64,000 nt of DNA from a virus (lineage: Duplodnaviria > Caudoviricetes), in IMG/VR virus record IMGVR_UViG_2700989574_000004, positions 18,729-82,728 of that record; one strand, written 5' to 3'. Of this stretch, positions 38,000 through 46,777 are shown one piece after another. The stretch's first letter is position 1. Each line of letters opens with the position of its first letter. The notes under the pieces are model-generated. The model saw only the letters and a program-made list of their open reading frames with translations, was not told where the DNA came from and ran no database searches. A program made the position numbers and the translations under genes.

Positions 38000-38434
38000 A
38001 TGGCCGGAGGAATTCGATCGTCCGGTGGTGGCCGAAAACCCACTTTACCCACCGGGCAAAAAAGCAAATTAACACGTATTGCGCCTCCCGCTGAGTTAAT
38101 GGGGGAGGCGGCAATAAGAATGTGGAAGACGCAAAGCAAAATACTCATCGACCGAGGGGTGTTTGAGCTGGAGGACGCACCTTTGTTGCTGGCTTACTGC
38201 AATGCTTTTCATCTGATGCTCGAAGCCGAAAAAATGCTGGCCAGCGGACTGACCTCAGAAAGTGAAATGGGGGGCTTGAAAAAACACCCTGCAGTTAATG
38301 TCCGCAATGACTCGGTTTCCCAGCTTGCCCGCCTCGGCTCTCTGTTGGGGTTAGATCCGCTCAGTCGTCTTCGCATGACCAGCGGACAAAAGGATCCGGA
38401 CGATGACGGGAATGAATTCGATGAGTTTGACTGA
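38000..38434 (+). CDS. Terminase small subunit, P27 family
   Basis: L.AYC, KKHPAV, LGLDPLSR.R. Confidence 0.92.
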   Translation: MAGGIRSSGGGRKPTLPTGQKSKLTRIAPPAELMGEAAIRMWKTQSKILIDRGVFELEDAPLLLAYCNAFHLMLEAEKMLASGLTSESEMGGLKKHPAVNVRNDSVSQLARLGSLLGLDPLSRLRMTSGQKDPDDDGNEFDEFD

Positions 38435-40155
38435 TGGCTACCTATCCGAACGTCAATGCGGCGAACCAGTATGCGCGGGATATCGTTGGCGGGAAGATTC
38501 TGGCGTGTCAGTTAACGGTACTTGCCTGTCAGCGACATCTGGACGACCTCGAACGAGCAAAGGATCCCCACTGGCCCTACCGCTTCGATAAAAACAAAGC
38601 AGAACGATTTCTTCGTTTTGCCCAGAAAATGCCTCATACCTCAGGGGAATGGGCCCGGCGTAAACTCCGGATTGAATTTGAAGCCTGGCAGAAGTTCGCT
38701 CTTGGCGTACCGTTTGGATGGGTACACAAGAAGACAGGCCTGCGTCGTTTCTCTGAAATCTATATCGAGGTGCCCAGGAAGAACGGGAAATCCGCTATTG
38801 CCGCTGCTGTAGGAAATTATATGTTTTGTGCAGATGGCGAGCATGGTGCAGAAGTCTATTGCGGCGCCACGACTGAAAAACAGGCATGGAAGGTATTTTC
38901 TCCGGCGCTGCAAATGGTGAAAAAGCTGCCGGCATTGCGGCAAAAATTCTCGATAAAACCTTGGGCAAAAAAAATGACGCGCCCTGACGGTTCGGTTTTT
39001 GCGCCTGTGATCGGTGACCCGGGGGATGGTGATTCGCCATCATGCGCCATCATTGATGAATATCACGAACATACTACTGATGCGCTTTACACCACCATGA
39101 CCACCGGTATGGGGGCTCGTGAACAACCGATGACACTGATCATCACCACCGCCGGCTATGACATTACATCCCCTTGCTATGAAAAGCGTACCCAGGTTGT
39201 CGAGATCCTGCGGAGAACCCGTAATGGCGAGGAAAATGAAACCATATTTGGGCTGATTTATGGCCTTGATGACGATGATGACTGGACGACTCCTGAGGCA
39301 TTAATCAAGGCAAACCCCAACTATGGCATTTCGGTAAAAGCAGATTTTCTCCGGGCTAAACAATTATTGGGTATGTCGACGCCCGGGCAGACAAACAAGA
39401 TTCTGACCAAGCATTTCAATCGCTGGGTAAGCGCAAAATCAGCTTATTACGACCTGAGAAAATGGATGGATGCAGCCGATAAAAACCTTAAGTTGTCAGA
39501 TTTTGAAGGGGAAGAATGCTGGCTGGGTATAGATCTGGCCTCGAAAGTTGACCTCAATGCCGTGGTTCCAGTTTTTCGTCGTGAAATAGACGGAATAACA
39601 CATTTTTACTGTGTTTCTCCTCTGTTCTGGGCACCAGAAGAAACCATTTACTCTCAGGAGACCGCGCTGAAAAGTACCGCAGAACGTTATCAGTCCTTTG
39701 TCCGGCAGGGTAAGTTGATCCCGACCGATGGTGGCGAAGTTGATTACAGGCTGATATTTGAAACGATCCTGAAGCTGCGGAATACCGTAAAAATTGCCCA
39801 ATGCCCCATTGATCCTTATGGCGCGACTTCATTACGTCACATGCTTGAGGAAGAGGGGCTTGAGCCTGTCGAGATAAGACAAAATTTTACCCATATGAGT
39901 GATCCTATGAGAGAGATTGAGGCTGCGCTCATCTCGGGGAGATTCCATCATGACGGACACCCTGTCATGAACTGGTGTATTTCCAATATCGTCGGCCAGT
40001 ACCTTCCCGGAAGTGACGATATTGTGCGTCCCGGGAAAGAAGGGCGGCAGAACAAGATAGATGGTGCGGTTGGTTTAATGATGGGGCTGGGGCGCGCCAT
40101 GCTTAACAGTTCAGTGATGACATCCGTATACGATGAGGAAGATATAGCATGCTAA
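38434..40155 (+). CDS. Terminase large subunit
   Basis: VPRKNGKS, IIDEYHEH, ITTAG, GIDLAS, KIDGAV. Confidence 0.96.
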   Translation: MATYPNVNAANQYARDIVGGKILACQLTVLACQRHLDDLERAKDPHWPYRFDKNKAERFLRFAQKMPHTSGEWARRKLRIEFEAWQKFALGVPFGWVHKKTGLRRFSEIYIEVPRKNGKSAIAAAVGNYMFCADGEHGAEVYCGATTEKQAWKVFSPALQMVKKLPALRQKFSIKPWAKKMTRPDGSVFAPVIGDPGDGDSPSCAIIDEYHEHTTDALYTTMTTGMGAREQPMTLIITTAGYDITSPCYEKRTQVVEILRRTRNGEENETIFGLIYGLDDDDDWTTPEALIKANPNYGISVKADFLRAKQLLGMSTPGQTNKILTKHFNRWVSAKSAYYDLRKWMDAADKNLKLSDFEGEECWLGIDLASKVDLNAVVPVFRREIDGITHFYCVSPLFWAPEETIYSQETALKSTAERYQSFVRQGKLIPTDGGEVDYRLIFETILKLRNTVKIAQCPIDPYGATSLRHMLEEEGLEPVEIRQNFTHMSDPMREIEAALISGRFHHDGHPVMNWCISNIVGQYLPGSDDIVRPGKEGRQNKIDGAVGLMMGLGRAMLNSSVMTSVYDEEDIAC

Positions 40156-40328
40156 TTTCAGTTCTGAGTTTTATTGTCGGCCTCACTGGTGCTGGATTGT
40201 TATCCGCAGGTGCCTGGCTTATTTCTCCATCAGTGGGATTGATAACAGGAGGGATTATTTGTCTGGGCTGGTCATATATGACAACCCGGGCCTTTTCCTC
40301 CGGCGTCAGCAATGGCGGAGGTAAATAA
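40149..40328 (+). CDS. Small membrane protein between terL and portal
   Basis: 59 aa hydrophobic MLISVLSFIVGLTGAGLLSAGAWLISP..., overlaps both neighbours. Confidence 0.7.
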   Translation: MLISVLSFIVGLTGAGLLSAGAWLISPSVGLITGGIICLGWSYMTTRAFSSGVSNGGGK

Positions 40329-41587
40329 TGTTCCTACCCCAGATGTTCAGGGGCCGACAATACTCGGGTAATAGCTTCTGGGAAGCCATGCTGGGCGGGG
40401 TTCGTTCAAGCCAGAGCAAAACTGGCATCATAATCACGCCGGAAACCGCTCTTGGACTTTCAGCGGTCCGGGCCTGTGTCACCCTCCTGGCGGAGTCAGT
40501 CGCGCAGCTGCCGTGCGAACTCTACCGGCGGGATAAAAATGGCGGGCGCCAGCGTGCGACGGACCACCCGGTTTATGACCTGATTCACTCCCAGCCCAAC
40601 AGGAAAGACACCTCATTCGAGTATTTCGAGCAGCAGCAGGGGTTGCTGGGGCTTGAGGGAAATTGCTACTCGATCATCGAACGGGACGGAAAAGGCTACC
40701 CGAAAGAGCTGATCCCCATTAACCCGAAAAAGGTCATTGTGCTGAAAGGGCCGGACGGTATGCCGTATTACGAACTCCCGGAAGTCGGTGAAATTCTGCC
40801 GATGCGCATGATGCACCATGTGAAGGTCTTTTCTCTGGATGGCTATATCGGCAGTTCCCCCATTCAGACGAACGCCGATGTCTTGGGGCTGAATCTGGCC
40901 GTTGAGGAGCATGCGGCAGCGACATTTCGGCGCGGGACAACGATGAGCGGGGTGATAGAGCGTCCGAAAGAGGCTGCGACCATTAAAAGCCAGGATGCTA
41001 TTGATCGCCTGCTGGCGAAATGGACCGAACGCCATTCCGGTATTCACAATATGTTCTCTGTGGCACTGCTGCAGGAGGGCATGAGCTACAAACAACTGTC
41101 GCAGGATAACGAAAAGGCGCAGCTGCTACAGTCGCGGCAGTGGGGCGTGGAAGAGGTCTGCCGGCTCTATAAAATCCCGCCACATATGGTGCAGATGCTG
41201 GCGAAAGCGACCAACAACAACATCGAGCACCAGGGCCTGCAGTTCGTGATGTATACGCTGCTGGCCTGGCTGAAACGCCATGAAGGTGCGCTGCAGCGCG
41301 ATCTGCTTCTGCCCAGCGAACGCCGCGATTTGTACATCGAGTTCAACGTTTCCGGGCTGCTGCGAGGCGACCAGAAATCACGCTATGAATCGTATGCGCT
41401 GGGCCGCCAGTGGGGATGGCTATCCACTAACGATATCCGGCGTATGGAGAATCTACCGCCAATTGCTGGCGGGGACAAATACCTGACGCCGCTCAATATG
41501 GTCGACAGCGCGAAGATCCTTCCTGGCGATAAGTCGCCGACAGCAAAACAGCTGGCCGAAATAGAATCCCTTCTGGCCAGAGCCTGA
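40328..41587 (+). CDS. HK97-family portal protein
   Basis: AVRACV.LLAESVAQLP, LEGNCY, NNIEHQ, LLRGD..SRY, ND.R..ENLPP..GGD. Confidence 0.96.
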   Translation: MFLPQMFRGRQYSGNSFWEAMLGGVRSSQSKTGIIITPETALGLSAVRACVTLLAESVAQLPCELYRRDKNGGRQRATDHPVYDLIHSQPNRKDTSFEYFEQQQGLLGLEGNCYSIIERDGKGYPKELIPINPKKVIVLKGPDGMPYYELPEVGEILPMRMMHHVKVFSLDGYIGSSPIQTNADVLGLNLAVEEHAAATFRRGTTMSGVIERPKEAATIKSQDAIDRLLAKWTERHSGIHNMFSVALLQEGMSYKQLSQDNEKAQLLQSRQWGVEEVCRLYKIPPHMVQMLAKATNNNIEHQGLQFVMYTLLAWLKRHEGALQRDLLLPSERRDLYIEFNVSGLLRGDQKSRYESYALGRQWGWLSTNDIRRMENLPPIAGGDKYLTPLNMVDSAKILPGDKSPTAKQLAEIESLLARA

Positions 41588-41623
41588 TTGTTTCCCGCCG
41601 CGCGGGATGACCTGGAAGACAAC

Positions 41624-42544
41624 ATGACAACGAAATTAATTAACCTGCCGCACCTGGCAGATATGGTCTTTGGCGTGCCGCATTACGTGACGCGGCAAAC
41701 AATGGACTCCGTGAAAGCGGTGCTCATCCCCCGTATTCAGGGGATCACCGAAGATGCCGTCATTCAGATAGCGCTGAATCCGGGTAAATCACCTGCAGCT
41801 GAGCAGGTTCAGCCCACCGGCGGGGTGGCAGTGATCCCCGTTCACGGCATTCTTGTTCCACGCCGGGGGCAGATTACGGCGATGTGCTCCGAGCTGACCA
41901 GCTACGAGCGGATCCGCGGGCAGCTGCAGGCGGCATTAAACGACCCCTCAATCAGCGAAATCGTTCTGGATATTAACTCCGGCGGCGGCGCAGCGGTGGG
42001 GTGCAAGGAGCTGGCCGATTACATTTATCAGTCTCGCGACACGAAACCCATCACGGCGATTGTGAACTACAGCGCGTATTCCGCCGCGTATTTCATCGCA
42101 TCGGCCTGCAGCAAAATCATCGTCAGCCAGACCAGTGGCGTGGGGTCGATTGGTGTGATCATGGAGCACCTCGATACGTCGAAGATGGAAGAAAAAATGG
42201 GGCTGACGTTCACCACCATTTACCGGGGAGATAACAAAAATAACGGCACCCAACATGAACCACTGAGTGAAGAGTCGCTGGGTATGTTCCAGGGCATGAT
42301 CGACGAAATGTACGAGACGTTTACGGGGTCGGTGGCCGAATATCGCGGCCTGAATCAGCAGGCCGTCATTGATACGCAGGCGGGGCTGTATTTTGGCCCT
42401 GGCGCTGTGTCCGCCGGCCTGGCGGATGAAGTCTCTGACCCCCAGGCGGCGATCAATGCTATCGCGGCAAAGTATCAGCAACCCCGTCAAAAAACCTCCA
42501 TTCAGATGCAGGCAGCCGCGATGGATCTGCAAACCAAAATGTAA
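41624..42544 (+). CDS. S49 (SppA/ClpP-fold) prohead protease
   Basis: LDINSGGG, AYSAAYFIASA, GSIGV. Confidence 0.92.
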   Translation: MTTKLINLPHLADMVFGVPHYVTRQTMDSVKAVLIPRIQGITEDAVIQIALNPGKSPAAEQVQPTGGVAVIPVHGILVPRRGQITAMCSELTSYERIRGQLQAALNDPSISEIVLDINSGGGAAVGCKELADYIYQSRDTKPITAIVNYSAYSAAYFIASACSKIIVSQTSGVGSIGVIMEHLDTSKMEEKMGLTFTTIYRGDNKNNGTQHEPLSEESLGMFQGMIDEMYETFTGSVAEYRGLNQQAVIDTQAGLYFGPGAVSAGLADEVSDPQAAINAIAAKYQQPRQKTSIQMQAAAMDLQTKM

Positions 42545-42573
42545 CCCGGCGCAAACATAAACCGCGTCACCTT

Positions 42574-42598
42574 AAGCAGCCAGCAGGCTGCTTTTTTT
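42574..42598 (+). terminator. Intrinsic terminator-like hairpin
   Basis: AAGCAGCC-AGCA-GGCTGC-T7. Confidence 0.55.
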
Positions 42599-42621
42599 AT
42601 GTCTAAAAAGAGAGAAATAAA

Positions 42622-43908
42622 ATGCCACATATTGAAGAATTGCGTCGTCAGCGTGCGGGTATCAACGAACAGGTTCAGGCCCTGGCAACCATTGACGCCA
42701 GCGGCAGCACGCTGACTGCGGAGCAGCTTACGGAGTTTGCGAACCTGCAGCAGCAGTTCACTGATATCAGCGCCAAAATTGAACGCCTGGAAGCCGCCGA
42801 ACGTGCTGCGGCGCTGGTCGCAAAACCCGTGAAAGCGACTCAGCAGGCCCCCGGCATTATTGTTAAGCAGGAGCCGAAACAGTACACCGGTGCTGGCATG
42901 ACCCGACTGGTTATGTCTGTCGCCGCAGGCGCAGGGAATCTGCAGGACGCGGCAAAATTCGCTTCAGAAGAGCTGAATGACCAGTCCGTATCGATGGCCA
43001 TTTCCACCGCAGCGGCGTCCGGGGGTGTGCTTATTCCGCAGAACCTCCACAGTGAGGTGATCGAGCTACTGAGCGACCGAACCATCGTCCGCAAGCTGGG
43101 TGCCCGTCCCGTTCCGCTGCCTAACGGTAATATGACGCTACCACGCGTGGCCGGTGGAGCAACGGCAAGCTACACAGGAGAAAACAAAGACGCCAAGACA
43201 TCAGAAACACGCTTTGATGATGTAAAACTTACGGCGAAAACTCTGATTGCGATGGTGCCTATTTCCAATGCACTGATTGGCCGCGCCGGATTCAACGTCG
43301 AGCAACTGGTCCTGCAGGATATTCTGACCGCCATCTCAGTGCGTGAGGATAAAGCCTTTATGCGCGATGACGGTACCGGCGATACACCGATTGGTATGAA
43401 GGCGCGCGCGACGCAGTGGAACCGCCTGCTGCCGTGGGAAGCTGATGCAGCGATCAACCTGAACACGGTTGACGAGTACCTAGACAAGATCATTTTGATG
43501 GCGATGGACGGCAACAGCAATATGATCAGCAGCGGCTGGGGCATGTCGAACCGTACCTATATGAAGTTGTTTGGGCTGCGTGACGGCAACGGCAACAAAG
43601 TCTATCCGGAAATGGCTCAGGGATTACTTAAAGGATATCCGGTTCAGCGTACCAGCGCGATCCCTGCGAATCTGGGGACCGGGGGTAAGGAGACTGAGAT
43701 TTACTTTGCTGACTTCAATGATGTGGTTATTGCTGAAGACGGCAATATGAAAGTCGACTTCTCGAAGGAAGCCTCTTACATCGATGCCGATGGCACCCTG
43801 GTATCTGCGTTTTCCCGTAACCAATCGCTAATCCGCGTTGTTACTGAGCATGATATTGGCTTCCGTCATCCGGAAGGCCTGGTGCTGGGTACCGGCGTCC
43901 TGTTCTAA
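42622..43908 (+). CDS. HK97-fold major capsid protein
   Basis: N-terminal coiled-coil delta domain, GGVLIP, L.D.NGN, L.GYPV. Confidence 0.93.
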   Translation: MPHIEELRRQRAGINEQVQALATIDASGSTLTAEQLTEFANLQQQFTDISAKIERLEAAERAAALVAKPVKATQQAPGIIVKQEPKQYTGAGMTRLVMSVAAGAGNLQDAAKFASEELNDQSVSMAISTAAASGGVLIPQNLHSEVIELLSDRTIVRKLGARPVPLPNGNMTLPRVAGGATASYTGENKDAKTSETRFDDVKLTAKTLIAMVPISNALIGRAGFNVEQLVLQDILTAISVREDKAFMRDDGTGDTPIGMKARATQWNRLLPWEADAAINLNTVDEYLDKIILMAMDGNSNMISSGWGMSNRTYMKLFGLRDGNGNKVYPEMAQGLLKGYPVQRTSAIPANLGTGGKETEIYFADFNDVVIAEDGNMKVDFSKEASYIDADGTLVSAFSRNQSLIRVVTEHDIGFRHPEGLVLGTGVLF

Positions 43909-43927
43909 CCCATCCCTCAGTAAATAC

Positions 43928-43948
43928 GGCCCGCATATGCGGGCTTTT
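43928..43948 (+). terminator. Intrinsic terminator-like hairpin
   Basis: GCCCGCATATGCGGGCTTTT after the capsid gene. Confidence 0.55.
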
Positions 43949-43966
43949 CCCTTTCAGGAGAATGTT

Positions 43967-44227
43967 ATGGCTGCGAAAAATAAAGCAGTGGAGTCGGAAG
44001 AAACGGTCGCACAGGACAACCATGCGACCGTGGTCGCACAGGCAGAGCGTAAATCCGTTGTGTTCCTTGGGCCGCACCACCGTTATTCCCGTGGAGATAT
44101 CGCGTGCTTTGAAGGAACGCGCGCCGAAGAGCTGGTTAACCGGCGTATCGCGGTATGGCCGGAGGATGCCGAACGTGCGCTGAAACCGAAGCCGGGAGAC
44201 AGCGATTTTGATACTGACATTGGATGA
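43967..44227 (+). CDS. Hypothetical head-associated protein
   Basis: AGGAG RBS, 86 aa. Confidence 0.7.
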   Translation: MAAKNKAVESEETVAQDNHATVVAQAERKSVVFLGPHHRYSRGDIACFEGTRAEELVNRRIAVWPEDAERALKPKPGDSDFDTDIG

Positions 44228-44525
44228 TGTGAAAACCCAGCTACGCCTGGAACTGGATTTCACGGAGCACGACGCCATGCTCACGCAAATGGTGAACGCC
44301 GCGCAGCGGAGCATCGAGCGTGATTATTACTGCAAGCTGGTCACCAGTGATGAAGAGCTGCAGGCACTCCCGGAGACCGTCCGCGGATTTATCGCGGATG
44401 AAGATATCCGGCTGGCCATTCAGTTTCTGGTCAGCGATGCGTATCTGAATGGCCATACCGGACAGTGGCTGGAAACCGCTGCGGTGAGGCATCTTCTTTT
44501 CCCCCTGCAGGAGCATACGCTATGA
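44208..44525 (+). CDS. Head-tail connector (HK97 gp6-like)
   Basis: LTLDDVK.QLRLE...EHD..L. Confidence 0.85.
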   Translation: MILTLDDVKTQLRLELDFTEHDAMLTQMVNAAQRSIERDYYCKLVTSDEELQALPETVRGFIADEDIRLAIQFLVSDAYLNGHTGQWLETAAVRHLLFPLQEHTL

Positions 44526-44860
44526 GCCTGAAACCGGGTGATATGAACTGTCGCATTGCGATTAGCTACGTTCAGTCCGGTCGGGGGCCGCTGGGCGAAC
44601 CGCTACCGGAAAAGCAGGTTGAATCGGGAAAAGCGTGGGCAAAACGGGAGCTGGTATCGGGGCGGAAAGTCCGCACGCTGGATCAGCAGCAGGTGGTGGA
44701 AACCTGCCTGTTTACGGTCTATCCGGGTGTGCTGGTTGATATTGACTGGAAAATCACGACGAAAAATCTGGTTTATACCGTCCGTAATATCGACCGCAAA
44801 ACGGACCGGATCATTATCACGGGGGAGGCTGACGGGCGGCATGATAGAGCTGGCGATTAA
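44522..44860 (+). CDS. Head closure protein
   Basis: PG.MN.RI, G..GEP, WA, position. Confidence 0.8.
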   Translation: MSLKPGDMNCRIAISYVQSGRGPLGEPLPEKQVESGKAWAKRELVSGRKVRTLDQQQVVETCLFTVYPGVLVDIDWKITTKNLVYTVRNIDRKTDRIIITGEADGRHDRAGD

Positions 44861-45230
44861 GGGTGCGCTGGAGCGCATCACCGGCATGAATGCGTATCCG
44901 CTTTTACTGCCGGACACGGTCCAGGAAGGTGCGACCTTTCAGCGTATCTCTGACCCGGAAATGGTCTCGGGAATGTTGCGAACGGGGATCGTATCTGCCC
45001 GTATCCAGGTGAATCTGTACCGTCTCGATGATTACACCTCACTGCTGCAGCTGGATAAAAAAATCTGGACGGAACTGAAGTCCGTCGTTCATGGCCAGCT
45101 GGAGGGTATTCCGGTTCAGTATGTGGAACGAGGCGGCATCCATCAGGATAAAAACCAGCTGACGAATCGTCGCATTCAGTATCGCCTGACCCGCGATTTC
45201 ATCATTCACTACGTGGAGGACTCCTCGTGA
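44841..45230 (+). CDS. Tail terminator protein
   Basis: YPLLLP...G.TFQRISD, ARIQV. Confidence 0.75.
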   Translation: MIELAIKGALERITGMNAYPLLLPDTVQEGATFQRISDPEMVSGMLRTGIVSARIQVNLYRLDDYTSLLQLDKKIWTELKSVVHGQLEGIPVQYVERGGIHQDKNQLTNRRIQYRLTRDFIIHYVEDSS

Positions 45231-45628
45231 TCCGAATGGAAGTTAAAGGGCTGGATGAGCTGGAGCGGCAGTTAATGGCCCTGGGCGAAAAAGTGGCGAC
45301 GAAGGTATTGCGGGATGCCGGGCGCGAAGCGCTAAAGGTCGTCGAGGAAGATATGAAGCAGCATGCCGGCTTTGACGAAACGTCTGCCGGGCCGCACATG
45401 CGGGACTCAATCAAAATCCGCTCTTCCACCCGCAAGGGTAAAGGGAACGCGGTTGTAACGCTCCGTGTCGGCCCCAGCAAGCAGCACCATATGAAGGCGC
45501 TGGCGCAGGAGTTTGGCACGGTTAAACAGGTTGCAGACCCCTTTATCCGACCCGCCCTGGATTACAACCTCCAGACCGTTTTGCGCGTGTTAACCGTGGA
45601 AATCCGAAACGGCATTGAAAACAGGTAG
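45227..45628 (+). CDS. HK97 gp10-like tail completion protein
   Basis: V.GLDEL...L, EFGTVKQ.A.PFIRPA. Confidence 0.88.
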   Translation: MIRMEVKGLDELERQLMALGEKVATKVLRDAGREALKVVEEDMKQHAGFDETSAGPHMRDSIKIRSSTRKGKGNAVVTLRVGPSKQHHMKALAQEFGTVKQVADPFIRPALDYNLQTVLRVLTVEIRNGIENR

Positions 45629-45659
45629 CATCCGCTGCCGTATAAAAAGAGAGAGAAAC

Positions 45660-46121
45660 ATGGCTGATAAAACTTCGCCTGAATATGCGATGTTGCCGGC
45701 GGGCACCATTGTGAAATACGGAGAGCCTGGCGCTGCCACGTCAGCGCTAAAACCGCTGATTAACTGTAAAGCGCTGGGTGCAATGGGGCAGACGGGGGGC
45801 TTTGTCGACTGCACCACGTTACTGGATAAGCAGAAACAGTCCATCAGCGATCTGCCTGACGGGCCTGAAAAGTCGCTGGGCTTCATTGATGATCCGGGCA
45901 ATACCGATTTTGCCGCGCTGCTGAACGCAGCAGAGGCCCGCAAGACCATCCAGTTATACGTCGAATTACCCAACAAGCGAACAGCGACGATGCTCCTGGC
46001 GCTGTCCGGGTGGCAGATGAATGAAATCGCCGCTCCGGCGAATGAGGTCATCCAGATCACTGTTCAGGGTAAACAGAACAAGATCGCTTGGGGAACCGTC
46101 GCTGTCTCCGGCGGTGCCTGA
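45660..46121 (+). CDS. Major tail tube protein (outer phage)
   Basis: 153 aa, DCTTL.D..KQ.I..LPD motif, position. Confidence 0.8.
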   Translation: MADKTSPEYAMLPAGTIVKYGEPGAATSALKPLINCKALGAMGQTGGFVDCTTLLDKQKQSISDLPDGPEKSLGFIDDPGNTDFAALLNAAEARKTIQLYVELPNKRTATMLLALSGWQMNEIAAPANEVIQITVQGKQNKIAWGTVAVSGGA

Positions 46122-46138
46122 TTAACTTAACCTTTAAA

Positions 46139-46161
46139 CAGCCACCTTCGGGTGGCTTTTT
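46139..46161 (+). terminator. Intrinsic terminator-like hairpin
   Basis: AGCCACC-TTCG-GGTGGCTTTTT. Confidence 0.6.
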
Positions 46162-46178
46162 ATTTTTAAGGACTACCT

Positions 46179-46544
46179 GTGAAAGATAAAGATTACCTGT
46201 CCACGCTGAAATCCGCGTTGCTTAAATCGGAGCCAACCGTCATTAAAACCGAGTTATTTGGCGCCACCGTATTCATCCGCCGCCTGACCGGGGATTACCT
46301 CATCAGCTACGAAGAGAAAATGGCTGAAACCGCAAAAGCTGGCGCAGCGCGCGAGGCATCGGAGCAAGTCATCCAGATCGTCATCGATGCACTGGTTCAG
46401 CCGGATGGAACGGCCATTCCGGATGAGTTTAAACCCACGGCAGCCGAACTGCTGAAGGCCCATGAAAACCCCGAACTGCTGGCCGCAGTGGAAAAAGTGA
46501 AGCAACACGCAATCGGCAAGCTGGACGAAGCGGAAAAAAACTGA
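46179..46544 (+). CDS. Tail assembly chaperone (gpG-like)
   Basis: 121 aa ending GAA AAA AAC TGA (slippery A AAA AAC). Confidence 0.85.
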   Translation: MKDKDYLSTLKSALLKSEPTVIKTELFGATVFIRRLTGDYLISYEEKMAETAKAGAAREASEQVIQIVIDALVQPDGTAIPDEFKPTAAELLKAHENPELLAAVEKVKQHAIGKLDEAEKN

Positions 46545-46777
46545 GTGACTCGCCCTGGCTGGAGCTTATCTTCTGGCTGGCCGACCGCTGGGGCGAGCCT
46601 GACCCATCCAAAATTGCCGCATTGCCGGCAAACACGCTGTACCACTGGCGAGCCTACTTCCTGAAACAGGGCATTTTCCGCCGTCCTGGCGATGAAAACG
46701 CGCCACCTACCGAAACCACACCTGCGCCATCCCGGGTCGATGATGAATGCGCGGCAGTCATGAGGGCGTTAATGTAA
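46535..46777 (+). CDS. gpGT -1 frameshift extension
   Basis: -1 frame LSDSPWLELIFWLADRWGEPDP...RALM* open to TAA overlapping the TMP ATG. Confidence 0.8.
   Translation, partial: KKLSDSPWLELIFWLADRWGEPDPSKIAALPANTLYHWRAYFLKQGIFRRPGDENAPPTETTPAPSRVDDECAAVMRALM

Noticed and set aside
37774-38148. ORFs over the region upstream of terS
   Set aside because: Overlap the probable cos region and terS; no coding signature
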